Notes: generated by a model from the letters alone, not told the origin. Numbered from the stretch's first letter, positions 1 through 17,180 are shown. The stretch is DNA of 64,000 bases from the human T2T-CHM13v2.0 reference genome, Homo sapiens (GCF_009914755.1 NC_060937.1); one strand, 5' to 3'. A program made the numbers and translations.

Positions 1-253
1 TTTTGTGTTTTTTTTTCTGCTCTAATTTACACCCGCTATTTACAGACCTGCCATTTCCAAGCTTAGAATACTTCCCATAATGCAGGAAAGAGGCCAGATG
101 AAGTGGCTAGAGGTCTCCTGCCTCCTGGACATTCAGAAGAGGCAAACTGCCCCTAACAGAAGGACTTGAGTCCCTGAAACAGTGGCCTTTAACCAACCCA
201 TGCCACTATCTCCCCTTTTGTCCATACAAGGTCACTTGCTGGACAGCCTGGCT

Positions 254-423
254 TAGGGTTGTCAGATCAGACACGGGATACCCAGTTAATCTGAATTTCA
301 GGTACAAGATAGTTTATTTAGTATAAAAATGTCCCCAATATTGCACAGGCAGATGTTCGTGCTTATCTGAAATTCAAGTTTAACTGGGCACCCTGTATTT
401 TTATTTCCTAAGATGACAACCAC
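254..423. mobile_element. MER53-like palindromic non-autonomous DNA transposon
   Basis: TAGGGTTGTCAGAT...CCCAGTTAATCTGAATTTCAG / CTGAAATTCAAGTTTAACTGGG...GACAACC arms match my recollection of MER53; second copy at 48.8 kb. Confidence 0.75.
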
Positions 424-677
424 TGCCCTGGTTGGGGGTAGGGATGAGGCATTCCCAGCAGCAGGAGCCGCTTACACCACACATTTGCTGCCTCCCAGGC
501 TTGCCCGTGTCTGGTCTCCTGCTCTTCTCTAGCAAGTGGGACTTACTGACACATAACAAGAGAGGGTTGTCACTGGTATGAGCAGCCCTCTCTCCTTGCC
601 TAATTTTTTAGTGTCTCAATGAGACTCCTATGTCCATGTTAGGACATTCTCTCCTTCCCCTGCCTTATAGTAGAAAC

Positions 678-860
678 CATCCATCCAGCCATCATCACCT
701 ATCCACTCATCCACTCACCTGTCTACCCACCCACCCATCCATCCATCCACCCACCCACCCATCCATCCACCCACCCATCCATCAACTCATCCGTCCATCC
801 ACTCATCCATCCATCTATCCATAAGCATTCACAGAACACCTTTTAAGTACCAGACACCAT
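678..860. repeat. (CCAT/CCAC)n tetranucleotide repeat followed by L2 3'-end remnant
   Basis: ccatccatcc/ccacccaccc run 678-823, then aagcattcacagaacacc...taccagacacca. Confidence 0.8.
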
Positions 861-1113
861 GCGGCAAATCCATAATCTCCCTGAGAACATGTCATATGAA
901 AGATTCATGTTCTGACTTGGAGCCAATTTACTGGGAACCCTCCAGACCACAGAAAGCAGCTATCATGATGAACAGAGTAGCTCTGACCCAGTATCTCTGG
1001 GCCAGCCCAACATTAGCCAAGATAACTCAGATGCCACCAGTTGCCCTGCAACCAAGCTGACCTATGAGATGTGGTACAGGGAAGCTGAAGCTAGACAGGA
1101 CTGTCCTCATGTA

Positions 1114-1500
1114 TCAGTTAGGGAAGGCTAATTGCAGGAACAAATAGACCTCAACAACATGTATAATCACAGTGGATGTTTTTTCTTGTTCAGATCACAA
1201 TCCTGGCAGGGGGAGAGGTTGGTGGGGCAGTTCTCCTCAGCACATCCACCCAGGGACTCAGACTGTGGAGGTTCTGCTGTCTTCATCAGGTCACTTCCAA
1301 GGTCACCCCAGGGCCATCACCAGAAGAGGATGAGAGCTTGGTGGCATGCATGGCAGACTTTGAAGGACAGGACTGGAAGTGGCACGCATCCCTTCATCAC
1401 TGGCTGTGCTACATTGGCTGGCCACGTGGTCACTACTAGTCACAAGGAAGATTAGAGAATGCAGGCCCAGGAAGAAGGTAGGGACGTGGATTTGTTTAAC
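1114..1500. mobile_element. MLT1 (ERVL-MaLR) LTR relic, J/K/L type
   Basis: tcagttaggg...acaaatagacc...cagggactcagactg...ggttctgctgtcttc pattern typical of old MLT1 LTRs. Confidence 0.6.
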
Positions 1501-3219
1501 TTCTCTGAGCTTCAGTTTCCTCATTTGTGAAATACCCCATTGATTGCCTCTCAAAGCCAACTGGTAAAATCTCTGCCTGAACCCACTCCTGGCAAGTCTG
1601 ACAAAGTCCCCAGGTGTTCCTTTCCGAGGATCAGGTCTTCCCTCCAACCCAGCAGACACTCTGAGGTTAAAGGAAAACTAATTCCTCTTCCATTTTTCCA
1701 TCTGGCCTGCTTCTTGATTCTTGCCCTCCTCACACTGGCTACTGAAAACGAAGCCACTTCATTTCATGGATGTAGTTCATTTCCTGCTGGTTGCTTTGGA
1801 TCTTGGATGCCTTTCTCCATGAAAGCAACCCTAAGCAGGGTGGCTTTATCCCCCAGAAGACCAGCCCCCATCTTGTGGCTCCAGGTGTCTTCAAGGGTGG
1901 GCTGGAGGGAGGTGCTGGCCCCTGGGCAGTTCCCATGGCAGCCTGTGAGCAGGCTCCAGCAGCAGGGAGTAAGGGCAGAGCTCAGGGACCCCAGCGAAGG
2001 ATGCTCTGTGAGTGGCTGGTTCCCATGGCAACTGAGGAGCAACCTCCACAACAGCTAGGAACCCAGTCACTCCAGCTAGAAGCTGTTGGGAAGCTCAGCG
2101 TCTGGAAGCCTGGAGTCACCTGTGGCTGCAGCCTGGAGCTGAACATCTTTCAAGCTGGGATATTTCCATTACCAGCATGCCCTGAATAGCTCTATTTCCG
2201 TTTCCTCAAAACATTTCTTGAGCATCTGCATGCCAAACTCTGTCATGGCTACTGGGACCCCAGCAATAAGAAGTCACTGACCCTCTCCTGGCAGGGTTCC
2301 CAGCCTAGAGGGTGAGCTAAGCACGCATCTACGACACGGAGGGATAAAGCCCATCTCAGCCCGACAGGGAAGCGGTGGGCAGGAAAGCCTCGAGTGAGTG
2401 GCCCAGCAGCCACAGCAAGGACAAGGATGATGAGTAGGGAGTGGGCGGAAGGGGGAGGTTTGGGCCAAGCAGTGACCACAGCACATGCAGAGTCATAGAG
2501 AGAAACTGCAAAACACTTTTGTGATGGGGCGATCACCCTAAGGACCTCGGGTTATGTCTTGGGGGAGGTGGGCCCTCAAGCCTTCTCAGAGAGGGGCATT
2601 GGAGGAAGATGAGTCCAACGGATCCATGAATATTTAAAAAAAAATTAACTAGCTTTATATTTCTTGGATTCATAAAAAGGGAAGGAAAACTCAGGAACAT
2701 TTCTCTAATACTTGGCAAATCCAGCCCACTAGCAAGTCCTGTCTACACCCTCCAAATGGTCAGGGTTGTGTTCTGGCCTTGAGGCTAAAGCTGGGATCCT
2801 CTGAAAAGGGGGGAACTTTACATTTATTCTCAAAGTGTACAACAAAGGACATTCCCTTCTTCATCCCCTTGTACCGTGCATCCTTCCCTGAGACAGGAAT
2901 CCCCATCCTACAGCTGTCCTGGTCTACAAGGCCTGTTCTTCCTCCTTCCTCCATGCAGCCTGGCACCCACATTTTAAGCCTCAGGCCTGCCTTAACATCC
3001 AGGTGTGCATGTTCCCGTGAGAGGCGACACACTGTTCTTGTTTTAGCACTGAGAGTCTCACGTCCTGGGGTAAAATCTCAGGACGGAGAGGAAAGACTCA
3101 GCCCGGACCTACAGGCCCCAGGACGCTGGGTGGCAGCAGGGATGAGGGAGGCAAGCCTGGCTTTGGTGCCAGGCCTGCCCAGCCAAAGCTTGATTTCTCT
3201 ACTAGGCTGTGGCATCTTG

Positions 3220-3355
3220 ATGTTAACTTAAATTTTTTGAGCCTCAGTCTCTTCTTTACCTGTTGCAAGGGACAAGGAACACCTATCTCACAGGATTGTA
3301 AATAATGCATGTTGAACACTTTCACATAGGAAGTGCTCAATAAATGATAGTTAGT
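3220..3355 (+). mobile_element. MIR fragment (further MIR fragments at ~1490-1570, 10650-10830, 11470-11620, 19250-19700, 30560-30660, 46630-46710, 62670-63060)
   Basis: ttgagcctcagt...ctgttgcaaggg...cacctatctcacaggattgt...gtgctcaataaatg core. Confidence 0.7.
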
Positions 3356-3765
3356 ACTTTCTAGAGAAGGGGCTTCCAACAGTTGCAATGTCATGTAGTA
3401 AAAGCTGTATCAAGCTTTTACATCGAATGCCAAGGGCCCAGAGGAGGAGCATATATCTGCCGTGGGAGGCCAGGGAAGCCTGACTTTGTCACCAGTTGCT
3501 TACAAGACTCCCTGGTGTGCCTCTTACACATCCACTGTGGACTGTGATTGAAAATTGGAGGAAAAGGAGGTACAGGAGAGAAAATTCTGAGCAGCAGGAG
3601 AATTTGGGCAGTGAGGTAACAGAGACACCCAGTGTGGGGAAAGTACACCCCATTTCTGAACTCCGGTGCAGTTCATGTAGGGGAAGAACCTGTAGGTGGG
3701 GGATTCTGAAATCTGCAAGAGTCCTGCTGCAGAAAGCTGGGTTTCCCAGTAGGAGGGTACAGGCA

Positions 3766-3812
3766 TTCTAGAATTCTCAGAAACTTCTGGACCATTCTAG
3801 TCTATTCTGGAA
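3766..3812. promoter_or_regulatory. Candidate heat-shock element (HSF binding array)
   Basis: 3780-3812 GAAacTTCtgGACcaTTCtaGTCtaTTCtgGAA = 7 alternating nGAAn/nTTCn units in register, plus TTCtaGAA at 3766-3773. Confidence 0.55.
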
Positions 3813-4539
3813 TGCACTCCCTGTGGGTGAAGCCAGAAGGCAGAGAGGAGTACACAGGAATTCTATTTGTGAGGACAAGATTGGGGCTGCTGACCTGTTT
3901 GTGAGATGCCCCTCTGAGGAGGACCACAGCAGCTTTGGAATTAAGTCTGGAGAGATCTGTACCTCTAAGGAGGCCAGGACTGCAGACAGTGGAGCAAACT
4001 TCCCCTAAGAGAGCAGCCAGGCCTCATCTCTGCTGTGATTCTTTGCTGGGAAAGTCTGAAGAATATTAAATGTGGAAAATCAGTATCTTCTTGTCCTCCT
4101 CTGTAGCTGATGTCTCCCTTGATTGTGCTGAAGTTGTGGGAAGGCGCATTTCTTTCTTATTCAGGAATTGCAGCTCCTTGATGCCCTAGTTGTGTCAGGG
4201 CCTCCATGAAGCAAGTCCTGTGCTGAGAGTGTTCCCATTTGACAGTGACGCCAAAGCAAGGATGTGATGAGCAGGTCCCCTCCACCCAAGAACGCTCCAT
4301 CCCTGGGACCAATGGCTGTGATAATGGTGCTGGGGGACACAGGGCTGGAAAATACAGTTGTGCATTCAGGGAGCAGCTGGGTCTGGTGCCATTGTCACAT
4401 CTACCAAGACAAAATGGTGGAGAATTAAATACCAGCCACATTTCCCTTCCCAGAGGTGTGTGAGGAGGCAGCTTGTCAACAAGGGTAGGTCTGACTCTGC
4501 TGTCCTCTGGAGACTAGAACAAATGTCCTATCTTCATTT

Positions 4540-5982
<1,443 letters not shown>

Positions 5983-6674
5983 GAGCCATTCTGTTCAAAG
6001 TATTTAAGTGGTTTCCGAAGCTTAGCAACATTCCTCCTGTCTGCATCTGACCATGCAGTTTTGATTTTCAAGGTAGGCCAGCAGGATTCTTGGAGGGAAC
6101 ACGCCCCCCAACCCCCCATCTGAATCTGCCTGAGAGCTAACAAGTGCCAATGTGGCCAGATGAATGTGTGCTGCGCTATTTGTGATGGAGGTCCCCAGAG
6201 AGCCTTTGTGCTCTAGATCTTTATTGGAACACCCAGTAAATATTGGACTCAGGCTCCCCATTGTTTTAGTGTAGGGCTTAAATGCAGTCTCCTTCAGGCT
6301 GTCAATGTACCTTTGACCAAATTGCAGCTTGCATTCCCATACCAAATGTGGTTTCGCAGAACCCCAGCTCACTCTAACAGAACCAGCTGGGACCAGAGAG
6401 GGTCCTGGTTTGCTCTTTGTGTGCACAGCTGATTTCTCAAAGCACTAACTCACTTTTCTCTGTACATAAAGATGACACTGGGGACACCTGTCATCAGGGA
6501 TCGGGGCATCAGCTGCACCCAGTCAGGCACCCACTCACCCACGTGAGACTTTCAAAGCCAGCTGGCTAAGGCTTGGGAGGTACCCCCAGGGCAAAAGGAC
6601 AGCTTGTCGTTGAGTGAAGTGAACCGCCTTTAACATTTTTATAGGTTATAGCCTGCCTAGGCAGCAGCAACCAG

Positions 6675-7469
6675 CTATTTGATAACCAAGGGGGTGACCA
6701 GATTTCTACTGGCCAGATAACCAGAAAACTAAGGCTTCTGCATTACACCGCTTCATAAGAGAAAATAAGCATTTTAGCTACAGGGAAGCCCTGTTGTTTT
6801 TGAAAGCTGGAGGAGGTCCTCCTGCTGGCCATGGGCTTGGCTGGCCGTGGGCTAGGCTGACTCACAGTCAGAGAGCAGCCTTTGTGGCTGAGCTCAGCGG
6901 AACTCAGCGGACACCCGCACGGTGGCCCAGGGCCAGCAATAAACAAGTCAGGGCTGCTCCTGGCGCTCAGGAATCTGGGGTCAATTAGGGATCAATGGTG
7001 CCAGAGGATTTAAAACAATTGCAACCAGCCAGGCAGGCTCAGGCTGTATCAACAGTGAAATGCAGAATGTGCAGATACAATTGTACTATCCCTAAATTAA
7101 ATTAACGTTCTACCCCTCGGCAAGGCATTTTTCTTAATAAGTGGGATTGCTCCTGGCCAAGCTTTAACCACTAGGGATGGCAATGACCGATGACCTAACT
7201 CGTCACTTAACCTTGGCCAAGGACACCAAAACCCTAGTCATTAGGGGACCCATCTGTGAACCTCTGTTGAACAATGAAGTCAAACCTAATCTGATTTCAC
7301 CCACACCTTACATTTTTAAGCTGCAAATTTCCACAATTCTCTGACTGACAAGAACATGAGGTCTATTTGATAACCAAGGGCAATGACAGGATTTCTTTTG
7401 GCCAGATAACCAGAAAACGTAAGGCTTCTGTATTACATCGCTTCGTGAGAGAAAATAGGCATTTTAGCT
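6675..7469. repeat. Direct duplication, copies 6675-6779 and 7363-7469
   Basis: ctatttgataaccaaggg...ggccagataaccagaaaac.taaggcttctg.attaca.cgcttc...gagaaaata.gcattttagct in both; about 13 differences in 107 bp. Confidence 0.92.
7312..7440 (-). pseudogene. Candidate pseudo-exon (phase 0-0, 43 codons)
   Basis: Acceptor cctattttctctcacgaag|, donor AAT|gtaagg; reads RCNTEALRFLVIWPKEILSLPLVIK*TSCSCQSENCGNLQLKN. Confidence 0.45.
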
Positions 7470-7544
7470 CATCATTTCCTCTTGTCATTTCTCATTGTTG
7501 TGCCTACCTGGCACAATGTTAACTCTATAGAAAGGCTGACTTTT

Positions 7545-7801
7545 TAAAATTTTTGTGGGTACACAGTAGGTGTATATATTTATGGGTTACATGAGATATT
7601 TTGATACAGGAATGTCATACATAACAATCACAGCAGGGTAAATAGGGTATCCATCACCTCAAGTATTTATCCTTTGTGTTTCAAACAATCCAATTATATT
7701 CTTTTAATTATTTTAAAATGTATAATTAAATTATGTTTTACTATAGTCACCCTGTTGTGCTAGCAAATGCTAGGTCTTATTTCTTCTTTCTTTGTACCCA
7801 T
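7545..7801 (-). mobile_element. L1MA-type 3' end fragment with TSD
   Basis: tttttgtgggtacacagtaggtgtatatatttatggg...ccatcacctcaag...ctatagtcaccctgttgtgct; flanked by gaaagg(c/t)tga(c/a)tttttaa at 7530 and 7802. Confidence 0.8.
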
Positions 7802-8261
7802 GAAAGGTTGAATTTTTAACTGCGGGCATCAGTGACTGCTAAGGATCCAGCAGAGAGGGCAGTTTGACTCAAAGAGGTGAAAAAAATCAGTGGGGTCTTT
7901 TGATCATCAGGAATCAGAAGCAACTGGAGGCAGGGACCCGGAAACCCAGGCAGGGCCACTCAGGAGAATGACAGAACCCTTCCAGGCCTCCATGCATGAC
8001 AAGCTGGTATGCACACCATTTGGTTGGCTTCCTGGGTCAGAATGGGTCCTTTGTGTCCCTTCTACCATCTTTGACAGAACTGCCTTTGGTCCCCAGGCTC
8101 CAGCAATGTGGTCTGAATGGGGGTTGTCATCCCTTTCTGTGTCTCCACCTCTCTGGCCATAGTCCCCTTGAGGGAGGACACCAACCCAGTCACGGCTGAT
8201 CAGGGTCTCTCCCTGAGATTTATTTGTGCTACTGCTGGTGGGGAAGAAATGTTTCTTTTTT

Positions 8262-8628
<367 letters not shown>

Positions 8629-9806
8629 TCAGATTGTGTGACTGCTGGGGAAAAGGGTCCACAACCCTTTGGTGAGAATGAAGCCAAAATACAGAGAGAA
8701 GCATATGGCAGACAAGCTGGAATGTTCGGTCCAAACAGTGGCTCCCGAGGCTAGAGTACCCCCACCAGCATGAACCACTGAACCAATGAGCTTGCTTCTC
8801 TTCTTGTCCAAGTTCATGCAGCGTTTCTTGATATGACACTTGGTAATGATTTCTTAGCATTCTATATGTCATGTTACTATTATTTCTGCTGTACAATTTT
8901 GGGTACATTTTGGCAGCTAAGTACTCATTCAGATCAGCAGCTCTCCACACGTCAGGTTGGCTTGGGAAGCAAGCTTGGAAGACCAGGACGAAGGGTAGGC
9001 ATAGACTTTGAGGCAAGCTTCGTAGACTATCATAGGGGTTTGCTTCTTACTATCAGAATTCAGCACTGACTCATTTATAAACCAGGAGCAAAAGAAGTGT
9101 TATTTTGATTTGCACTTGTTGAAACATTGATTATTTACCAGGAAAGGCTATAGGCAGCAAAGAGAGATCAACCTGAGATGACTTCATAATCTTTGTGACT
9201 ACAGGGTTTGTCTTCTTTTGGGGGGTTCACAACCATTAACTTCCATTTCCAATGAAGAGTAGGATTTACACCAGATCAAATATCCCTGTTCTTTCCTATC
9301 TATCTATAAACCTAAATTGAGTTCAACACATACATAACACCTGAGCATGTGCTATGCTGGAGACCTAAAGGCAGCTCCTGGTCTTACAGACAGACCCATT
9401 GGTATTCCTAGTTGATTTCATCCTATTAGTTGAAAACCCTTCAGCAGACCCCACAAGGGCACTCAGAATACAGTTGTTGCTAGAAGTAGCTCTCAAGGTC
9501 CTATGTGATCTTCCGCACCACGCATGATCGCCCTCACCTCCCCTGGTGCCCAGTGGGAGCTCTGTGCTCTCTCCCTCCCCACACTCTTGTCCTCTGTGAG
9601 GATAGGGTCACACCCAGAAGCTTCTTTCCTCAGCCCCACCCCAACTATCTATACCCTACTCACCCGTGAGGGTCCCACTCCAGTCCCTCTTTCTTAAAAC
9701 CTTCCCCAAGTCCAGCTCTTATACATCTTTCTGGCAGAATTTCCATAACATTTGTTTTTGAACTCTCTCAGAAAGGGACTTCTGTGATTATTTTAAACTG
9801 TAACCT

Positions 9807-10123
9807 TGCTGGGCACAATGTCTGCTCCTGTAACCCCAACATTTTGGAAGGCCAAAGTGGGCGGATTGCTTAAAGCCAGGAGTTGGAGACCTGCCTGGGC
9901 AACAAAGCAAAGCATCTCTACAAAGAATAATAATAAATTACTGGTTTTGATGGTGTACACCTATAGTCCCAGCTACTTGGAAGGCTGAGGCAAGAGGATC
10001 ACTTGAGCTCAGGACTCTAAGGCTACAGTGAGTGAGTTATGATTGAGCTGTGATTGTGCCACTGCACTCCAGCCTGGGTGACAGAGTGAGACCCTGCCCC
10101 TAAAATAAATAAATAAGATAAAC
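9807..10123 (+). mobile_element. AluJ
   Basis: ggattgcttaaagccaggag, gaggatcacttgagctcagg J-type pattern. Confidence 0.85.
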
Positions 10124-12933
10124 TTTAAAACAACACTGTAGGCTCATCATGTATCTGGTTATTCCTATCCAGACTCCTGGAGCCTGGCAGTGGCCGTGTC
10201 ATGTGTAGGGTGTCCCATGAGTGGCAGGAAGGGCTGTTCAGGGAGCAGGGGGAGAATGCTGAGGATGGCAGGGGCACAGAGGAAGGGGAGGTGACCTCCA
10301 TCTCTGCTGTAATCAGCTTCCTGGGTTCTGTTTACTGTAGGCAGCACAGCCCCTTCATCCTGTGTTGTTCTACTTTCTTTTTCTCTGCTGTCTTTCCATT
10401 CCCATGGGTTTTAATAAATACATACCTTGAGACGTGACAGAATCTATTTCCCCAATGGGCATCTATGAGGCATCAGGATGTGGTTTAGCGTCTGACCTAG
10501 TGGTGGCACCCAAAGGCATTCCCTGCAAACACAAGCCTCCTCCCTGGTCTCAAGGATCTCAATCTCTGGGCGATGTTGCTGGCAGGGCATCAGGGTTTTA
10601 AAATGGTGATATCAACTCTCTTTTTTCATAGCTACATTTCCCAACTCTGGCTTCATTCCCTAGTTCTGACACCGAGTAGCTGTAGAACTCTGAGCAGACC
10701 ATTTAACCTCTCTGAGCCTTTGTTTCTTGGTGACAATAACAGTCTCTTCTTTGGCTGTTACCAGGATTAAAAGCTTCAGTGAACGTAAAGTTCCTAGCCC
10801 AGTGCCTGGAGCTTAACGGGCACACAAAAAATGTGCCAACTGCCTGCACAGGGAAATTCTGCCCAAGGGAAGCTTTAATTACAGTTGCTTTCTCTTTCTC
10901 CCAATTCAAGGATTTGCTTCCAAGACAATTAACAGACCACAGAATTCTGCTACCTATCAGCCACTGGTCGCCAACAGACTCCCAATGTTGGCACAAACAC
11001 CGTCTCTCGAAGCTGGGACACTTAGACAGGTGCCAGCTTGTGGCTCCATGGCTCCCGGTGCATCCGGATCTGTGACAGTTACACAAGACGTGTGCTTAAA
11101 TATTTACCATGCTCAGAGTCTCCCCAGCACGGTGGGGCTCAGAAGAAAATCCAAGAAGCAAGGCGGCTCTGGCATCATCCGCTCCTAGCTTGGTGGAGCA
11201 TATGTCTTGATGGGAGGTATCGTCAACAGACTGGGCGACCTGTTGCTTTAAAAGATGAACAATAACGATCTCCTCTCAGACTCAGGAACAAATACTAGGC
11301 ATATCAGATTGCTTGTGAGACTTAGGCAATTAGAATGGTTCTGTGATATCATTCCCCTGAGGGTCCAGGAACTCCCCTAAGTTCCCAGTGTGGGTGCACA
11401 GTGTGAAACGCTGGAGGAGGGGAGAAGCAGCAGACATGTTTCAGCACCACCTACGCGTCTGACATGAGCTTTTGTTATCTCATTCACGCTGCAGGAACAT
11501 TGTCTCCATTATCATTATGATTGTTTCTACTTTACAGATAGGGAAACCAGCTCAGAGAAGGTGAGTAATGGACCCGAGGTCACACAGCTGTGAGACGCAG
11601 GGCCAGGATTTGGCTCCAGCTACTAGCCTGTAGCAGCATGGGCATGGCCCAGTGGAAAGACTAACACAAGATGAACATCCCAGCACCCTTCCAAAAGGCT
11701 CTCCAAAGAGATGGGTCCCACAAAGGTGCAACAGTCTCCAAGATTCCCTGACCTCACTGTACAGCCAGAGGTTGGGAATTCCTTCCCTTAAGTCAGCCCT
11801 GATCCTGGTGCCCACCTGTACGTTTCTCCCACTGACAACTGCTCAGGGAGGTTCCTCGCCAGGGATGTAAACAGGACAGGGTCAGACCCCAAGTGCCAAG
11901 TAGGTAGCCAAGGGGGACAGAGGCCCTGTCTAGGGTACCTGAAACACACTATGGAGGGGCTGGTGGAGAGATTCTACTCTCCACTTGGATCTTACGCAGG
12001 AGCAAGGAGGTAAAAAGAGTGACCACACACACTAGATTTCACAGTCAGTAAGGACTGAAACCTCTGATCTGCTGACTGGCTTCACCAGGAGGGATATCCT
12101 GGGAGTCCCAGGCAGCCACTGGCAGCACCCCTGCTGTGGAACCCAGGATTCCTGCACCTGAAAGGGGAGTCTTCTGGGACCACTCCTGGAGCCCAGGAGG
12201 GCTGCACGTGTCAGGGGCCCACAGACAGGTGAAGAAACCCTTTAAGCCTCTTTCCTCGAGTGAAGGCCGACCTCCCCCACTCCCCGGCATTAGACATTCT
12301 GGTTTTGCAGGAGCTGCTGATGGTGGCGGTAGTAGGGGGAGAGTCTACATTTCGAATGAGCTTCCCTTCCTGGTGGTCTTGGTACAAGTCTGTGGGTGTA
12401 TTTTGAAAACTGCTGCTTTCCCTCCAACACAGCTTCCCTTGCTGTCTCCTTGGACTGCAGCAGCGTTTCTTACAGCCACGTGGCATCTCAGGGAATTCTC
12501 TGGAAGATGAGGCTACACCGAAGTCAAGAGGCGTCTTTGCTGGGCTCACTGTTGAGCTGTGGAGGGCCTGTAAGGCCCCAGAGGAGGCCGTTCCTTGGAC
12601 TCTGTGCAGGGAAACTTCTCTTGACTAGAAATACACCTGTCTTCTCCGCCCAAAGCCCAAAGTGGGTGGCCTGGGCTTGCAAAGAGACGAGCAGGCTCAG
12701 GGCAGGATGGCTCCCTGCAGCTCTATGGCCTCGAATGGGGTAAGGGACTCCCTGGAGGCCTGAGTAATTTGGGCACTGGGAAAACAGGGTCCTCTATTTC
12801 TAGTTTTCCTGTCCAGAGCACCCCAGGGCTGTGTGCCTGGCCTTGTGGGGGCCGTGACCCTGACCCTGGCTCTCCCTAAGGTGACCACTCACCCTAGAAA
12901 CACCCTAGAAACTCACCCTAGAAGATTTGCTAA

Positions 12934-14889
<1,956 letters not shown>

Positions 14890-15699
14890 TAGATGAATTT
14901 TTGAGTGACCCTGCCGTGACTTTCTCCTTGTTCCTTGATAGGTTTTGAAAGCACCAGCCAGACTAATGAAATGGTATTGCTGGTTTGCAATACTCTTGAT
15001 GGAAAAAAGTTTAAATCTGTACCTCCCTCCTTTTTTTTTCAATCAGCCACCTAAGTTCTCTAATAAATTAATATACACTTTCTGAAATTAGAAAATAAAA
15101 AAAGAAGGCTTTGTGTATTACATGCAAAAGAGAAAAGTCTAGAAGATACTAGTCAGAGGTGTCTGAGTCAAAGGTTAATCAAAATTAAAGGAAATAGTAA
15201 AGAAGTAGTATAGGAAAATGTCACCACTTGGGAAGGCTGGCAGAGAATTTTAAAATCCTCTTTTCCACAAAAGATTACAGGTAACACACATTCATGAGTC
15301 CTTTGACCCAATGCAAGGTCACAGAGAGAATGTATCTGACACCTATTTTATTTGTGTTCTGCTCTATTCCAAAAAGGACTTAAGGTGGTTTGAAGAGGAG
15401 GAGACATAAAATAAAAGTTAAATATGTACTAAAAGCCTGAGCAAAAAAGAAAGGAAAGAAAAGAGTGGCAACATAAAATAGAGGCTGGAACAAGGTGAGG
15501 AAAATTAAAAGCACACCGTGCAGGTTGATATGGTTCCTTCCTGTGGGCCGTGAGTTTGGCTCTAGGAGTTAACTGGGAAAGGGAGACAGATGAATATTAA
15601 ACATAAAAGCAGATCGATTGCTTAGGAGACCACTATTTTTGGAATCCAGGAATGGTAGGCCTTTCTCCTGCAGGCCTTTCCCCACCATCTGTATAATGT

Positions 15700-15891
15700 A
15701 CTAAGCCACAGCCCTAATAGCATAATAGCATCCTGTATCTGATGTGGCCTCAAGCGGTTCAGAATTTGGAACTGTGGATCTGCTTAGGACTTCAGTTTCC
15801 TTGTTTCATAATCTGCTCCCGAATACCCCATATCTGGGCATATTCTTATTTGATTCAGGTCTGCTGTGGTCCAGATCTGTAAGACTCTGCC
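15700..15891 (-). pseudogene. Pseudo-exon, phase-1 start
   Basis: Acceptor ttttctatactgtctgtttgcag|; GQSLTDLDHSRPESNKNMPRYGVFGSRL*NKETEVLSRSTVPNSEPLEATSD; 3' end uncertain. Confidence 0.5.
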
Positions 15892-16124
15892 CTGCAAACA
15901 GACAGTATAGAAAATATCATCAGTGACCATATTATTTAACCTCCACATTATCACCCACATCCTCATGAGTGTGAGGGTCCAAATGGTACTGATAAGAAAA
16001 GTTAGTAAGAGGCAAGGTCACCTGCAGTGTCTGGGGTAACAGACACCACATCTCTGCAAGCCCCAGCCTTCAGCCTGCCAGGTGGAGGGGCAGACTCCAT
16101 CTGATCTCAGAAAATTTGAGAACC

Positions 16125-16405
16125 GTCCAGGCACAGTGGCTCACACCTTTAATTCCAGCACTTTGGGAGGCCAAGGCTGGTGAATCACTTGAGGTCAGGA
16201 GTTTGAGACGAGCCTGGCCAACATGGCGAAACCCCGTCTCCACTAAAAATACAAAAATTATCCGGGCATGGTGGCACGCACCTGTAGTCACAGCTTCTCG
16301 GAGGCTGAGGCAGGAGAATTGCTTGAATCCTGGAAGCGGAAGTTGCAGTGAACTGAAATCATACCACCGCACTCCAGCCTGTGTGACAGAAACAGACTCT
16401 GTCTC

Positions 16406-16434
<29 letters not shown>
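16125..16434 (+). mobile_element. AluS
   Basis: Full dimer, poly(A), TSD aaaatt(t)gagaacc. Confidence 0.9.
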
Positions 16435-16438
<4 letters not shown>

Positions 16439-16460
16439 GAACCTTCCCAGGGCCCACCTA

Positions 16461-16895
16461 CAGTTGACTCTTGAGTAATGAAGGCTTTAGGGGTGCCAAT
16501 CCCCACACAGTTTAAAATCTATATACAACTTTTGACTCCCCCAAACTGAACTACTAATAGCCTACTGTTGACTGGAAGCCTTATTGATAACATAAATAGT
16601 CGATTCACACATATTTTGTATGTTAATGTATTATATACTATATTCTTACAATAAAGTAAGCTAAAGAAAAGAAATTGTTATTTAAAAAATCATAAGGAAG
16701 AGAAAGTATATCGACTACTCATTAAGTGGAAGTGGATCGCCATGAAGGCCTTCAGCCTTGTGGTCTTCTGAGTAGGCTGAGGAGGAGGAGGAAGAGGAGG
16801 GGTTGGTCCCGCTTCTCAGGGGTGGCAGAGGCAGAAGAAGGTCCACCTCTAACTGGACACACACAGTTCAAACCTGTGTTGTTCAAGGTCAACTG
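16461..16895. mobile_element. Tigger2a (MER28)-like Tc1/mariner non-autonomous element
   Basis: TA|CAGTTGACTCTTGA ... TTCAAGGTCAACTG|TA terminal inverted repeats with TA TSD, 435 bp. Confidence 0.85.
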
Positions 16896-17180
16896 TACAC
16901 GCCACCGAGACCAGAATGGGTGGTTTGATATTTGTCAGTGGCAACAATTCAATATTCTATCCTTTAGATGTTTTCTCACTCTGGTCACATTTAATGTGTT
17001 TAATTGATGCTGTGTGGAAGTTTCTTCACGTTAGAGGATAAATAAGCCATTCCCTTTGATAGGAGCCTGGGGCTTTCCCTGCGAGGAGGGCACTTTGGGA
17101 GCAGCCTTCTCATTAGAGGGCAATTAGCCGGGCTCCCGCACCCGGTGCCCTGAGCGGGGCTCCTGAGTAGGCAGGGCAGA

